In this document: piece after piece, positions 1-9,198 of the stretch | How the letters are laid out: each line of letters opens with the position of its first letter | Numbering within the stretch: the first letter of the stretch is position 1 | Assembly: GCA_005885035.1 (NCBI GenBank) | Contig: VAXZ01000117.1 | Coordinates: forward strand, 30,992-94,991 | Source of the DNA: Actinomycetota bacterium | Lineage (GTDB): Bacteria > Actinomycetota > UBA4738 > HRBIN12 | Reading direction: 5' to 3' | Length of the DNA: 64,000 nt | Made by a program: the position numbers and the translations under genes | The notes under the pieces: model-generated | Database searches by the model: none | What the model saw: only the letters and a program-made list of their open reading frames with translations | Told to the model about the DNA's origin: nothing

Positions 1-76
1 CCGATGAGCGGGCGAGCTCGTGGGGGAAGGCGTTCACCGCAGAGAGGAAGGTGTCGCGCACATCGAAGAGGTTCAC
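1..76 (-). CDS. hypothetical protein, N-terminal part only (gene runs off the left edge)
   Basis: The minus-strand frame over 1..130 has almost exclusively G/C at codon position 3. It has no stop until 167..169. The only candidate start is GTG at 76..74 (VNLFDVRDTFLSAVNAFPHELARSS...). No family recognised and the start is uncertain. Confidence 0.25.
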   Translation of the reverse strand, partial: MNLFDVRDTFLSAVNAFPHELARSS

Positions 77-337
77 CGCGAGCGGAGGCTGGAGCTGCCC
101 CTCATAGCTCGCCCGTCGATCTCCGGGGGCGGTGGAGTCGTGTGAAGCCCCCGCGCGCTCGGGCGTTCAGGAACGCCGACTCGACCACCCGACACCTCCG
201 CTACGGCCGCGTCCTGGGGCTGCTCGACGCCGGTGCGACGCTCGGCCTGTGGTCAAGCGTGGCAGCACGGGTCGCTGACGGGATCTACTGCGGGGCGAGC
301 GCGAGGGCGCTACCAGGCGTCGGCGGTGATCGGATGC

Positions 338-913
338 TTATCGCACTGCGTGAGCTTGGCGCTCCGTGCGCTCCTCCGATGACACCACCACGCCCTGCAA
401 CAAGAACAACAACGCGAGGAGGACGATGTCGAAGGCGAGCAGCCTCTGCGCCCAGAGGCCGTACTTCGGTACGCACGCCACCACGTGCTCGAGGGCCTGG
501 TTGGGGTCGGGCGCGTAGCAGGGACCGTCCGGCGTCTGTCGCGTCCACCCGAGGACGACCGCCGCCCTCGCGCTGACGTAGAAGTACACGAGCAGCCCGA
601 CGACGAACGTGCCTGACATCAGCGCCTTGACGCGCCGAGCGAGAGGGTCTCTTACGGCGAGCCCGAGGATGCCGAACGCGACCGCGCCGACGACCGCTCC
701 GGCGACAGCGCCGTCCGGGAAGGAATCGGGGTCCCGATTAGAAAGGACACCCGCAAGGGCACCCGCCATGGAGCCCAGCAGCGCCGACCCGGCTGCGGAG
801 CCGAGCACGTCCCACCCGGCCGCCCGGGCCCCGACCAGGAGGAGGGCCGGCAACGCGATCAAGAAGGTAACCCCCCACGCGATCATGAGGACGTAGTCGT
901 GGCGGTACATCAT
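338..913 (-). CDS. hypothetical integral membrane protein
   Basis: Taken from ORF 338..973. Several Gly/Ala/Val/Leu-rich hydrophobic stretches are present (e.g. IAWGVTFLIALPALLLVGA, FVVGLLVYFYV, FDIVLLALLFLL). The start is placed at ATGATG (913..908) because residues further upstream are read from the duplicated 23-mer. No family recognised. Confidence 0.6.
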   Translation of the reverse strand: MMYRHDYVLMIAWGVTFLIALPALLLVGARAAGWDVLGSAAGSALLGSMAGALAGVLSNRDPDSFPDGAVAGAVVGAVAFGILGLAVRDPLARRVKALMSGTFVVGLLVYFYVSARAAVVLGWTRQTPDGPCYAPDPNQALEHVVACVPKYGLWAQRLLAFDIVLLALLFLLQGVVVSSEERTERQAHAVR

Positions 914-943
914 CAGCCAGCGTGGCGGTACATCATCAGCCAG
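898..943. repeat. perfect 23-bp tandem duplication (cgtggcggtacatcatcagccag x2)
   Basis: Copies at 898..920 and 921..943 are identical and directly adjacent. On the minus strand each copy contains the ATGATG start of the membrane-protein gene. Confidence 0.9.
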
Positions 944-1203
944 ATAGAAGCACGAACATTCGCCCCCGAGCAACGGCCGACTGGTTCGTCCGGGCGGCGA
1001 AGGCCGGGGGCGTGCCGGTGATCCGGTTCCGCGATGTGCGCCACACCTACGCGATGCTGGCGTTGGAGAGCTGGATGCCGGTGATGATTCTCGCGGCGCG
1101 CTTGGGTCACTCGACCCCGGCTCTGACGTTGAACGTCTACTCGCACGCGAAGCCCGCGAAGGATCGCGCGGAGGCCGCTCGCGTCGCGGCGGGACTCGAC
1201 TGA
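922..1203 (+). pseudogene. tyrosine recombinase (phage-type integrase), C-terminal fragment only
   Basis: From about 979 the ORF reads DWFVRAAKAGGVPVIRFRDVRHTYAMLALESWMPVMILAARLGHSTPALTLNVYSHAKP. This holds the H-x-x-R box (VRHTYA), the LGH box and the catalytic Tyr (NVYSH) of tyrosine recombinases. The N-terminal roughly 250 aa are missing. It lies next to the 3' end of a tRNA gene. Confidence 0.75.
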
Positions 1204-1231
1204 GCGGCCGAATCTTGCTGGAATCTTGCCA

Positions 1232-1267
1232 GAAGCCCCGGTCGGGATCGGCTCCTACCGGGGCTTC
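1232..1267 (-). terminator. GC-rich hairpin (10-bp perfect stem, 16-nt loop) downstream of tRNA-Met
   Basis: gaagccccgg (1232..1241) and ccggggcttc (1258..1267) are exact reverse complements. The hairpin lies about 27 nt beyond the tRNA 3' end on the minus strand and just after the integrase-fragment stop on the plus strand. There is no clear U-tract. Confidence 0.4.
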
Positions 1268-1293
1268 ACGCCGTCTACCGGTGGTCTCTCTCG

Positions 1294-1367
1294 TCGCGGG
1301 GACAGGATTTGAACCTGTGACCTCTGGGTTATGAGCCCAGCGAGCTACCGGACTGCTCCACCCCGCA
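1294..1367 (-). tRNA. tRNA-Met (anticodon CAT), initiator-like
   Basis: The reverse complement is tGCGGGGTGGAGCAGTCCGGTAGCTCGCTGGGCTCATAACCCAGAGGTCACAGGTTCAAATCCTGTCCCCGCGA and folds as a cloverleaf. The anticodon loop is CTCATAA. The anticodon stem ends in three G:C pairs (GGG/CCC), as in initiator tRNAs. It is nearly colinear with E. coli tRNA-fMet as I recall it. Position 1:72 is a weak U.G pair. CCA is not encoded. Confidence 0.9.
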
Positions 1368-1454
1368 TGAGAAGGCTAGCAAAGCCGCACCCCAACCGGC
1401 CAAGTCTGGCCAGGTCTAAAGAACCTGGCCGCACTCGAGACGTACCATCGAGTC

Positions 1455-3011
1455 ATGCACACCGTCCGGTCGCTCCTGAACGGTCAGCCCGATCCGGTCA
1501 CGCCCGGGGGGGTACGGACGATCGCGAACCCCGCTCGGCTCGACGAGATCGTGAGCGAGGCGCACCTCGGCGACGCCGAGACCTTCCTCCAAGCGTGCCG
1601 GGCCGCGAACGTCGCCCAACCAGCCTGGTCCTCGGTCCCCGCGCCGGTCCGCGGCCGTGCGATCCAACAGCTCGGGAGGCTCGTGGAAGACAACGCCGAG
1701 GCCCTCGCTCGGCTGATCACCCACGAGATCGGCAAGCCGATCAAGGAGTCCCGAGGCGAGGTCCAAGAGGTGATCGACACCTGCTCGTTCTTCCTCGGGG
1801 AGGGGCGGCGGCTCTACGGGATGACGGTGCCGTCGGAGATGCCGGACAAGCAGCTCTTCACGTTCCGGGTCCCGGTCGGGGTCGCGGCCATCATCACCGC
1901 GGGCAACTTCCCGGTCGCCGTGCCCTCGTGGTACCTGGTGCCCGCGCTCCTGTGCGGGAACGCCGTCGTGTGGAAGCCCGCGGAATACACGCCCGCGATC
2001 GCCGAGGCCTTCGCGCAACTGATCTTGCACGCGGGCATCCCCGTGGGGACATTCCAGATGGTGCTGGCGGACGGGCCCGAGACGTTCGCGGGGCTCGAGC
2101 GCGCGCTGGACGAAGGCGTCGTCGACAAGGTCGGCTTCACGGGATCGACCGTGGTCGGCGAACGGCTCGGTGAGCTGTGCGGCCGGCACCTGCAGACGCC
2201 GTGCCTCGAGCTCGGCGGCAAGAACCCGCTGGTCGTGATGCCCGACGCCGACCTCGACCTCGCGGTCGAAGGCGCGCTGTTCAGCGGGTTCGGGACCGCC
2301 GGGCAACGGTGCACGTCGCTCGGGACGGCGATCGTGCACCGCGACGTCCACGACGAGTTCGTCGATCGGTTCACCAAGGCGGTCGTCGAGGCGCCGATCG
2401 GCGACCCGACGCGCGAGGTCGTCTATGGCCCGATGATCGATCAGCGCTTCGCGGATCGGTACGAGGACTGGCTCGAGCTGATCCGGGATCACCACCACGT
2501 GCACGGCTCGAGTGCCCTCGGACGGATCACGCGGGCGGCGCCCCGCGAAGGCTTCGTGGGCGACGATCCCGAAGCGGGCTTCTTCTACCACCCCACCATC
2601 GTCGATGGCGTCAGGGCGGACGACGACCTCTATCGCCTCGAGACGTTCGGTCCGATCGTCGGCGTCGCGAGTTTCGACACGTTCGACGAGGCGATCGCGC
2701 TCGCCAACGGGCACGGCTACGGCCTCTCGTCCTCGATCTACACGACGAACCCACTCCATGCGTTCAGGTTCCGTGAGCGCGTCTCGGCCGGGATGGTCAG
2801 CGTGAACAACTCCACCTCGGGCGCCGAGGCGCACCTCCCCTTCGGCGGGAACGGCCGGAGCGGCAACGGGTCGCGGCAATCGGGCGTCTGGGTGTTGGAC
2901 CAGTTCACACGCTGGCAGGCGATGAATTGGGATTACTCCGGTCGGCTGCAGAAGGCCCAGATGGACGTCGCGGAGCTCTCGGCGGACCTGACGTATCGGG
3001 TGCGCGAGTAG
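1455..3011 (+). CDS. NAD(P)-dependent aldehyde dehydrogenase family protein
   Basis: 518 aa. Contains the ALDH motifs VWKPAE, FTGST, the catalytic Glu (LELGGKNP) and the catalytic Cys (GQRCTS). Confidence 0.9.
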   Translation: MHTVRSLLNGQPDPVTPGGVRTIANPARLDEIVSEAHLGDAETFLQACRAANVAQPAWSSVPAPVRGRAIQQLGRLVEDNAEALARLITHEIGKPIKESRGEVQEVIDTCSFFLGEGRRLYGMTVPSEMPDKQLFTFRVPVGVAAIITAGNFPVAVPSWYLVPALLCGNAVVWKPAEYTPAIAEAFAQLILHAGIPVGTFQMVLADGPETFAGLERALDEGVVDKVGFTGSTVVGERLGELCGRHLQTPCLELGGKNPLVVMPDADLDLAVEGALFSGFGTAGQRCTSLGTAIVHRDVHDEFVDRFTKAVVEAPIGDPTREVVYGPMIDQRFADRYEDWLELIRDHHHVHGSSALGRITRAAPREGFVGDDPEAGFFYHPTIVDGVRADDDLYRLETFGPIVGVASFDTFDEAIALANGHGYGLSSSIYTTNPLHAFRFRERVSAGMVSVNNSTSGAEAHLPFGGNGRSGNGSRQSGVWVLDQFTRWQAMNWDYSGRLQKAQMDVAELSADLTYRVRE

Positions 3012-5885
3012 CTAGGGAGACGGAGACGCGCTGGCGCTCGGCGAGGCCGAGGGCGACGGCGTTCCGCTCGGGGTCGGCGTCGTTCCGGCGAGCCTCGCCG
3101 CCGCATCGACCGCATCCTGCGCCGCCTTGATCTCCGCCTGATACGTCCCCAGGTTGCCGGACTGAAGGGCCGCCTGGGCCGCGGCGAAGTGCTGCTGGGC
3201 CTGGGCGAGCAGCGCCTGGATCCGCTGCGCAACGGTCCCCCCGCCGCCTTGGTTCCCGCCCCCGGAAGGCACCTGGCCGGTGACGGCACCCTTGAGCGCG
3301 TCCTGCAGGTTGTCGGCGATCGTCACGGCGCCTCCGCTGCCGTTCACGATGATCACGTCATGGAGTTGCGGGATCGGCGTCTGCTGTGCTTGCACGTAGA
3401 CCGGCTGGACGTACAGGAACGAGTTGTCGATCGGGATCACGAGGAAATCGCCGAACAGAACGTTCGACCCTGCCTGGCTCAGGAGCGTCCGCTCGCTCGA
3501 GAACCGGGCATCCTGGTTGATCCTCGCGAAGACCTGCGTGGGTCCTTCGATCGTGCGCCCTTCGGGGAACCGGAAGACGGTGAGCTTCCCGTAGTCCGGT
3601 TGGTCGGAGGAGGCCGCCATCCACGCGACCATGTTCTGCCGGTCGGCCGGGACGAAGGGGATCACCAACTCGAATTCCTCCGTGGATGCCCCGGGCAATC
3701 GGATCAACTGGTAATAGGGGTGGATCGCGACGGGGGCCGCACCGGAGGCTGAGAGCGTCGGATCGCTGGGGATCGCCCAGAAGTCCCGCTTCTGGTAGAA
3801 GTCCGTCGGGTCGGTCACGTGGTACGCGGCGTATTGGAACGCCTGGACCTGGAACAGGTTCTCCGGGTACCGGAAGTGCTGCCATAGCTCTTGAGGCGCG
3901 CTGTTGATGTCGGTGAATAATCCGGGGAAGGCTCTCGACCAGACCTGCACGATCGGGTCGGCGAGGTTCGCGTAATACGTGATCGTGCCGTCGTAGGCGT
4001 CGACCACCACCTTCACCGAGTTCCGGAGGTAGTTCACGTTCCCTTGGAGCAGCGTGGTGGAGGAGTCTTGCCCGGGAGCCGCCTGTGCAAGATCGACCTG
4101 CTGCGAGTACGGGTACTCGTTCGTGTAGGTGTAGGCGTCCCAGATCCATACCGGCCTCCCCCCGACGATCGCGAGGTACGGGTCGTTGTCGAACTTGAGG
4201 AAGGGAACGGCCTTGCGCACCCGTGTCTGGATGTCGCGGTAGATCATGATCTTGCTACTGCTGCTGATGCTTCCGGAGACCAGCAGGTTGTAGTCGCGGA
4301 ACTTCCACGCGAACATCGCTCGCCGCAGGATGTTGGAGAGCGGGATGCCGCCGGTTCCCGTGTAGGTCGTGTTCGTCGACGAGTCCTGCTGGAAGTCCAG
4401 CTCGTTCACGTTCGTGTTGGTGACGACGAACGGCTCATGGCCGCTCTCGCCAAAGTAGATCCGTGGCTGTTGCGACATGTCGAGCGCCGGATCGCTCGTC
4501 ACCGGCGGGAGGTTCTGCAGGACGTAGTCGGGCTGACCCTCGCTCGTGGCCGTATTGACCTGTGCCGCCACGGCGCCATACCCGTGCGTGTATGCCAGAT
4601 GGACGTTCTGCCATGTCTGCGCCGACGGGTCGAGGCCCTGCTGGGAGATCTCGCGCGCGGAGACCATGAGGACCCGCTCCTCGTTGTTGACCGTGTAGCG
4701 GTCCACGTCCACGTCGTTGAAGTCGTAATACTGCCGGAACCGCTGCACGGACTGCAGGTTCTCCTTCAGCACCGGTGGTCGCCACACGCGGATGTTCGAG
4801 ACCGTTCCCGAGTTGTCGGCGATCTGTCTCGCCGTCAGGGGCCCGGTTGACACGTCGCGCTCTTGGGCTTGGATCGCCGCGAGACCGAACGCGGTGTTCG
4901 TCGCGACGATGTTGTCTCCGATGTAGTCGTGCTCGTACTGCTGTTCGTTCGGCTTCACCCGGAACTGCTGCACGAAGGCGGGGTAGACGGCACCCAGCAA
5001 TACGGAGACCAGCGCCAAGAGCCCGACCGCGATGACGGGCAAGCTCCACTGCCGGAGGCGGATGTTGGCGAAGAAAAGGATCGCGCAGATCACGGCGACG
5101 ATCGTCAGGAAGTTGAGTGCGGGGAGCTGCGCCTTCACGTCCGTGTAGGACGCGCCCTCGACCACGCCTCGGGGAGAGGTCAGCAGGTCGAAACGGCCGA
5201 GCCAGTAGCCCCACGCCTTGACCAGCATGATGAGCCCGAGCAGGACCGACAGGTGCGCGCGAGCCGCCGGCGTCACCTTGTCGGCGAACATCGGCGCCTG
5301 GGGACGGATACCGCCCCACAGGACGTGGGCGATCCCAACGAGGATCGTCACGCCGACCAAGGTCGAGAACAACCATCCTTGGAGGAAGCGGAGCCACGGC
5401 AGCGAGAACACGTAGAAGGCGGGATCGCGATGGAACAGGGGCTCCGTGGTCCCGAACGTCGCGCCCGACGAGTTCTTCCACAGCAGGAAGTTGCTCCATT
5501 CCCCCGTCACGCCGAGCGCCACCAAGAACGCCAGCACGGCCGAGCCGACCGGGAGCGCCCACCGCACCAGCGGATCGGTGACGTCGCGGATCCTCTCGAG
5601 GACCTCTTGGTCGGGCGAGAGGATCCGCGTCGTCGGCCGGATCCTCCTCGCGATGATCAGGTTCACGTACAGGATCAGGAAGAACAGCAGCCCGAACACC
5701 ACGGCGAGCACGGTCTTCGTCCGAAGGACGGTCCAGAACACGCCGCTCTGGTTGATCTCCCGGTACCAGAGCAGATCGATCACGAAGCCCGAGAACGCTG
5801 TGAACAGGACGATCGCGACCACGACCGCCCCGATGACCACGAGCGGCCACCGGCGTGACCGGCTCGGGAGGCGGATCGTCGACAT
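3012..5885 (-). CDS. UPF0182 family large membrane protein
   Basis: 957 aa. The N-terminal multi-TM region begins ...VIDLLWYREINQSGVFWTVL and is followed by a long extracytoplasmic domain and a Pro/Ser/Ala-rich tail. This is the typical actinobacterial UPF0182 architecture. Confidence 0.88.
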   Translation of the reverse strand: MSTIRLPSRSRRWPLVVIGAVVVAIVLFTAFSGFVIDLLWYREINQSGVFWTVLRTKTVLAVVFGLLFFLILYVNLIIARRIRPTTRILSPDQEVLERIRDVTDPLVRWALPVGSAVLAFLVALGVTGEWSNFLLWKNSSGATFGTTEPLFHRDPAFYVFSLPWLRFLQGWLFSTLVGVTILVGIAHVLWGGIRPQAPMFADKVTPAARAHLSVLLGLIMLVKAWGYWLGRFDLLTSPRGVVEGASYTDVKAQLPALNFLTIVAVICAILFFANIRLRQWSLPVIAVGLLALVSVLLGAVYPAFVQQFRVKPNEQQYEHDYIGDNIVATNTAFGLAAIQAQERDVSTGPLTARQIADNSGTVSNIRVWRPPVLKENLQSVQRFRQYYDFNDVDVDRYTVNNEERVLMVSAREISQQGLDPSAQTWQNVHLAYTHGYGAVAAQVNTATSEGQPDYVLQNLPPVTSDPALDMSQQPRIYFGESGHEPFVVTNTNVNELDFQQDSSTNTTYTGTGGIPLSNILRRAMFAWKFRDYNLLVSGSISSSSKIMIYRDIQTRVRKAVPFLKFDNDPYLAIVGGRPVWIWDAYTYTNEYPYSQQVDLAQAAPGQDSSTTLLQGNVNYLRNSVKVVVDAYDGTITYYANLADPIVQVWSRAFPGLFTDINSAPQELWQHFRYPENLFQVQAFQYAAYHVTDPTDFYQKRDFWAIPSDPTLSASGAAPVAIHPYYQLIRLPGASTEEFELVIPFVPADRQNMVAWMAASSDQPDYGKLTVFRFPEGRTIEGPTQVFARINQDARFSSERTLLSQAGSNVLFGDFLVIPIDNSFLYVQPVYVQAQQTPIPQLHDVIIVNGSGGAVTIADNLQDALKGAVTGQVPSGGGNQGGGGTVAQRIQALLAQAQQHFAAAQAALQSGNLGTYQAEIKAAQDAVDAAARLAGTTPTPSGTPSPSASPSASASPSP

Positions 5886-5900
5886 GGGCTGCAGCCTACT

Positions 5901-6896
5901 TCACGTCTTCGTTTCGCCAGGCCGAAGCGCTCGCAGGGCGTCGGCGAAGGTCGCGACCGAGATCACCTGCATCGCCCCCGTATCCACATCGGCCAGCTCG
6001 GGCATGTCGTCGGCCGGGGCCAGGAAGATGCTCGCCCCGGCGTGCTGCGCGGCGACCACCTTGTCGCGGATCCCGCCGATCGGCCCCACGTTGCCGCGCA
6101 GGTCGATCGTCCCTGTGCCCGCGATCGTTCGGCCCCCCGTCAGATCTCCTGGCGTCATCAGCTCGTACAGCCCGAGCGCCCACATAAGGCCGGCGGAGGG
6201 CCCTCCGACGTCGCCGCTGTCGATCGTGATCGGGAACGGGAACGCGTCGATCGAGCGGAACCCGACCAGCAGCTGCTTGTCGGGTCCACACGGCTTCCGC
6301 GCGAAGGTCGCCCGTTCGACCTTGCCATCCACATCGAGTCGGAACGACAGCGGCTGACCCTCCTTCGCGACGTGCAGGATCCGCCTGACGTCCGCGGTGT
6401 CGCCGACCGGGTGCCCATCGATCGCGGTGATGACATCCCCCGGGAACAGCCGCCCGTCGGCGGAGCACTCTGGGACCGTGGATTCGACCAGGGCACCCGC
6501 GCCATGCTGCTTCGGGTAGGTCGTCAGCCGCCGGAGCACGACCCCGGTGGCGTCGATCTTGCTCTGGTCCATCTCGGAGATCGATCGCTGGTTCTCCAAT
6601 GCCACGTTGCCGGTCGGATACAGGTCGGTCTGAGGCACCAGCGCCCAGTCCGGCTCCAGCCAGACCGCGATCGCCTGCAACGGGGTCACCTGGTGGTAGC
6701 TCACCGTGGTCATCTCGAGCGCGCCCGTCGGGTCGTAGCGCGGCCGGCCGTCGTACCGGATCTGCGGCGTCACGGTCCGGGCGGGCCCAGGGCCGATCGC
6801 GTAGTACGGGAGCCGGATCCATGCGGCAGCCACGAGCACCGTCGAGACGAGGACGAACGCGGCGACACGGACCGGGTGACGCATGGGGGAAGCCAT
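5901..6896 (-). CDS. PDZ domain-containing Lon-like (S16) protease, YlbL/SdrC type
   Basis: 331 aa with an N-terminal TM helix, a PDZ segment (GDVITAIDGHPV) and a Lon-protease-like C-terminal domain (GGPSAGLMWALGLYE ... GTGTIDLRGNVGPIGGIRDKVVAA). Confidence 0.85.
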   Translation of the reverse strand: MASPMRHPVRVAAFVLVSTVLVAAAWIRLPYYAIGPGPARTVTPQIRYDGRPRYDPTGALEMTTVSYHQVTPLQAIAVWLEPDWALVPQTDLYPTGNVALENQRSISEMDQSKIDATGVVLRRLTTYPKQHGAGALVESTVPECSADGRLFPGDVITAIDGHPVGDTADVRRILHVAKEGQPLSFRLDVDGKVERATFARKPCGPDKQLLVGFRSIDAFPFPITIDSGDVGGPSAGLMWALGLYELMTPGDLTGGRTIAGTGTIDLRGNVGPIGGIRDKVVAAQHAGASIFLAPADDMPELADVDTGAMQVISVATFADALRALRPGETKT

Positions 6897-6980
6897 CCTA
6901 CGGACTGCTTCGCCCCGAAGGTGGTCGGGGTTCCTCGTGCACGGCCGCTCCCGGGAGTAGGCTCGCGTCCGAGGCGATCG

Positions 6981-7289
6981 ATGGCGTATCTGTTGGTGAT
7001 CGTGGTTGCGGCGGCCGTGGGCGCGGCCGCGTACCTCATGACGCTCCGACAGGGGACCGCGCCCACGGCCGCCGCTCCGTCGCGCGTGAGCCCGCCGGTG
7101 GGCGTCCCGGTCACGGGCTCCGGGCAGACCTACCTGACGGTCACCGATACGCGTCCCGATTGGGAGTCCCGGCTGACTGGAGCCCTAGGGCTCGTGATCG
7201 CGGTCATCGCGGGCGCCTCCGTACTCGCTTTCGGCGCCTACCTCAGCGTGTCGTTCCTCGTGAAGCTCATCAAGCGTTCCGTCGGCTGA
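6981..7289 (+). CDS. small membrane protein (2 predicted TM helices)
   Basis: ATG at 6981 within ORF 6042..7289. Codon position 3 is G/C-rich. Hydrophobic N- and C-terminal helices are present (AYLLVIVVAAAVGAAAYL; ALGLVIAVIAGASVLAFGAYL). No family recognised. Confidence 0.55.
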   Translation: MAYLLVIVVAAAVGAAAYLMTLRQGTAPTAAAPSRVSPPVGVPVTGSGQTYLTVTDTRPDWESRLTGALGLVIAVIAGASVLAFGAYLSVSFLVKLIKRSVG

Positions 7290-7298
7290 GAGCGCGCC

Positions 7299-8159
7299 TC
7301 ACGACACGTCCGGGGTGATGTCCCGGAGCTCCGTCATCAGATGGCGCGACACGAGACCGTCCTCGCGCAGCCGCCCTTCGAGGTTGTACCGGCCGGCCCA
7401 CTCCGCCAACGCGAGCCGGGTCGGCTCGTCGAACTCGCCGTTCACCGGCCCCTCGTACCGCCCGACCTTCGCCAGACGCCGCTGGAGCTCGCCGACGAGC
7501 TCCTCGGTCGCCTCCAGCGGCGGATCGTTGCGGATCAGCATCGTGTCGTCCCACACCGTGAACAGCCGCGCGAGCTCGGCCGGCGCGTCCGGATGATCGT
7601 CCACCCGGAGGTCGATGTATCGGTCGTTGCGTCCCTCGTAGCCGCCACGATCGCGGACCACCAGGAGCGCCGCCGACTGCTTCCCGCGGCGATCACCACC
7701 TGCAACGTCGCCCGCCAGCACGGCGGCGAGGAGCCGATCGCAGAGCTCGCCATCCCCCGACGCGAAGACACCGGCCATCGCATCGACGACGCCTTCGCCG
7801 GCCAGGATGTTGCCCTGCGCCGCGAAATGGTCGCCGGAGACGCCTCCGGCCCATTCGAGGCACCCGGACCCCGTGAAGGTCGCCGCCTCGCCGCTCGCGT
7901 CCACGAAGCCGGCTTGGCGCTCCTCCCGGCCCCCATCGCCTTCCAACACGGCATCGAGCGCCGGTCCCGCCGGCATCCCACCCGCCATCAGCCGGAGGCC
8001 GTCGGGCCCGAAGTCGGTGTTCGCCCAGGCCTGCGTGGCCACGGCGCCAACACCCGCCTTCGCCCAGGGGACGACCGCGCCCACGCAGGGGAACTTCGAC
8101 GCGACCGCGACGCCGAGATCGCCGTTCCCGGGATCGAACGCGACGATCGAGAACGTCAC
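7299..8159 (-). CDS. DUF1028 (Ntn-hydrolase-like) protein with C-terminal peptidoglycan-binding-like domain
   Basis: The N-terminus MTFSIVAFDP...GVAVASKF is typical of DUF1028. The C-terminal roughly 60 aa (LQRRLAKVGRYEGPVNGEFDEPTRLALAEWAGRYNLE) resemble a PG_binding_1 repeat. Confidence 0.75.
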   Translation of the reverse strand: MTFSIVAFDPGNGDLGVAVASKFPCVGAVVPWAKAGVGAVATQAWANTDFGPDGLRLMAGGMPAGPALDAVLEGDGGREERQAGFVDASGEAATFTGSGCLEWAGGVSGDHFAAQGNILAGEGVVDAMAGVFASGDGELCDRLLAAVLAGDVAGGDRRGKQSAALLVVRDRGGYEGRNDRYIDLRVDDHPDAPAELARLFTVWDDTMLIRNDPPLEATEELVGELQRRLAKVGRYEGPVNGEFDEPTRLALAEWAGRYNLEGRLREDGLVSRHLMTELRDITPDVS

Positions 8160-8181
8160 CAGGCACTCCCTCCGATCGGGC

Positions 8182-9198
8182 TCAGCTCCGACCGGCCGGC
8201 CGGACGAGCTGGAACGCCGAGCGGTACTCCTCGAGATGCTCCAGCATGTGCCCCGCTCCGATCGCCACCGTTTCCAGCGGCTTCTCCGCGACGTGCACCG
8301 GGACCTCGCACTCCTGCGCGAGCAGTTGATCCAGGCCTTTCAACAGGCTCCCACCGCCCGTGAGGAACATGCCGGTCTCGAGCACGTCGTGCGTGAGCTC
8401 GGGTGGGGCGTCGCCGAGCGTCCGCCGCGCGCCGTCGACGATGTGCCGGACGGGGCCCGCCATCGCTTGGCGGACCTCGTCCTCGTCGATCTTGACTTCG
8501 ACCGTGTTCCCCGTCGCGAGCTCTCGGCCGATCACCAGCGCGGCCCGACCGCTCGCAGAGGGAAAGGCGGATCCGATGGCGATCTTGATCTCTTCGGCCG
8601 CCTTCTCGCCGATCGCAACCCCACAGGTGGAACGCAGGTGCTCCTGGATCGCGGCGTCCAGGTCGAACCCGCCGAACGGTACGCCGTGGCCCGAGACGAC
8701 GCCTCCCATCGAGACGACGGCCATCTCCGAGCGCGCCCCTCCGATGTCGACGATCAGATGCCCGATCGGCTCATGGATCGGCAGGCCGGCGCCGATCGCC
8801 GCCGCAAGCGCTTCCTCAACGAGCGTCACGTGCTTCCCACCGCTCGACGTCACCGCCTCCACGACGGCGCGCTTCTCGACCTCCGAGCTCTCCGACGGGA
8901 TGCAGATCAAGACCCGCGGCTTGGGGAAGCGACCGGGGGCCACCCTACGGATCACGGAGCCGAGGTAGCGCTGGGTCATCTCGAACTCGGTGACCGTTCC
9001 CTCACGCAGCGGGCGCATGGCGACGACGTTGCCGGAATCGCCGCCGATCAGGTCCCAGGCCGCCTCACCGATCGCGACCACGGAGCCGGTGGACGCGTGC
9101 AGCGCGACCACCGTCGGCTCGTCGAAGACGATCCCCTCCCCGAGGCGGTAGACGATCGTGTTCGCCGTTCCGAGGTCGATCGCCAGGTCCCGCCCCAT
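8182..9198 (-). CDS. mreB: rod shape-determining actin-like protein MreB
   Basis: 338 aa. Contains IDLGTANT, the phosphate-2 motif DIGGA and TGGGSLLKGLD. Full-length MreB-like. Confidence 0.9.
   Translation of the reverse strand: MGRDLAIDLGTANTIVYRLGEGIVFDEPTVVALHASTGSVVAIGEAAWDLIGGDSGNVVAMRPLREGTVTEFEMTQRYLGSVIRRVAPGRFPKPRVLICIPSESSEVEKRAVVEAVTSSGGKHVTLVEEALAAAIGAGLPIHEPIGHLIVDIGGARSEMAVVSMGGVVSGHGVPFGGFDLDAAIQEHLRSTCGVAIGEKAAEEIKIAIGSAFPSASGRAALVIGRELATGNTVEVKIDEDEVRQAMAGPVRHIVDGARRTLGDAPPELTHDVLETGMFLTGGGSLLKGLDQLLAQECEVPVHVAEKPLETVAIGAGHMLEHLEEYRSAFQLVRPAGRS

Noticed and set aside
4-576. 190-aa Arg-rich plus-strand ORF at the left edge; also ORF 1331..2173, which starts inside the tRNA gene
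   Set aside because: The composition is Arg/Pro/Gly-rich. The ORF overlaps better-supported minus-strand coding, judged by codon position 3 pattern and hydrophobic helices. The ATG at 1331 lies within tRNA-Met. No motifs were found.
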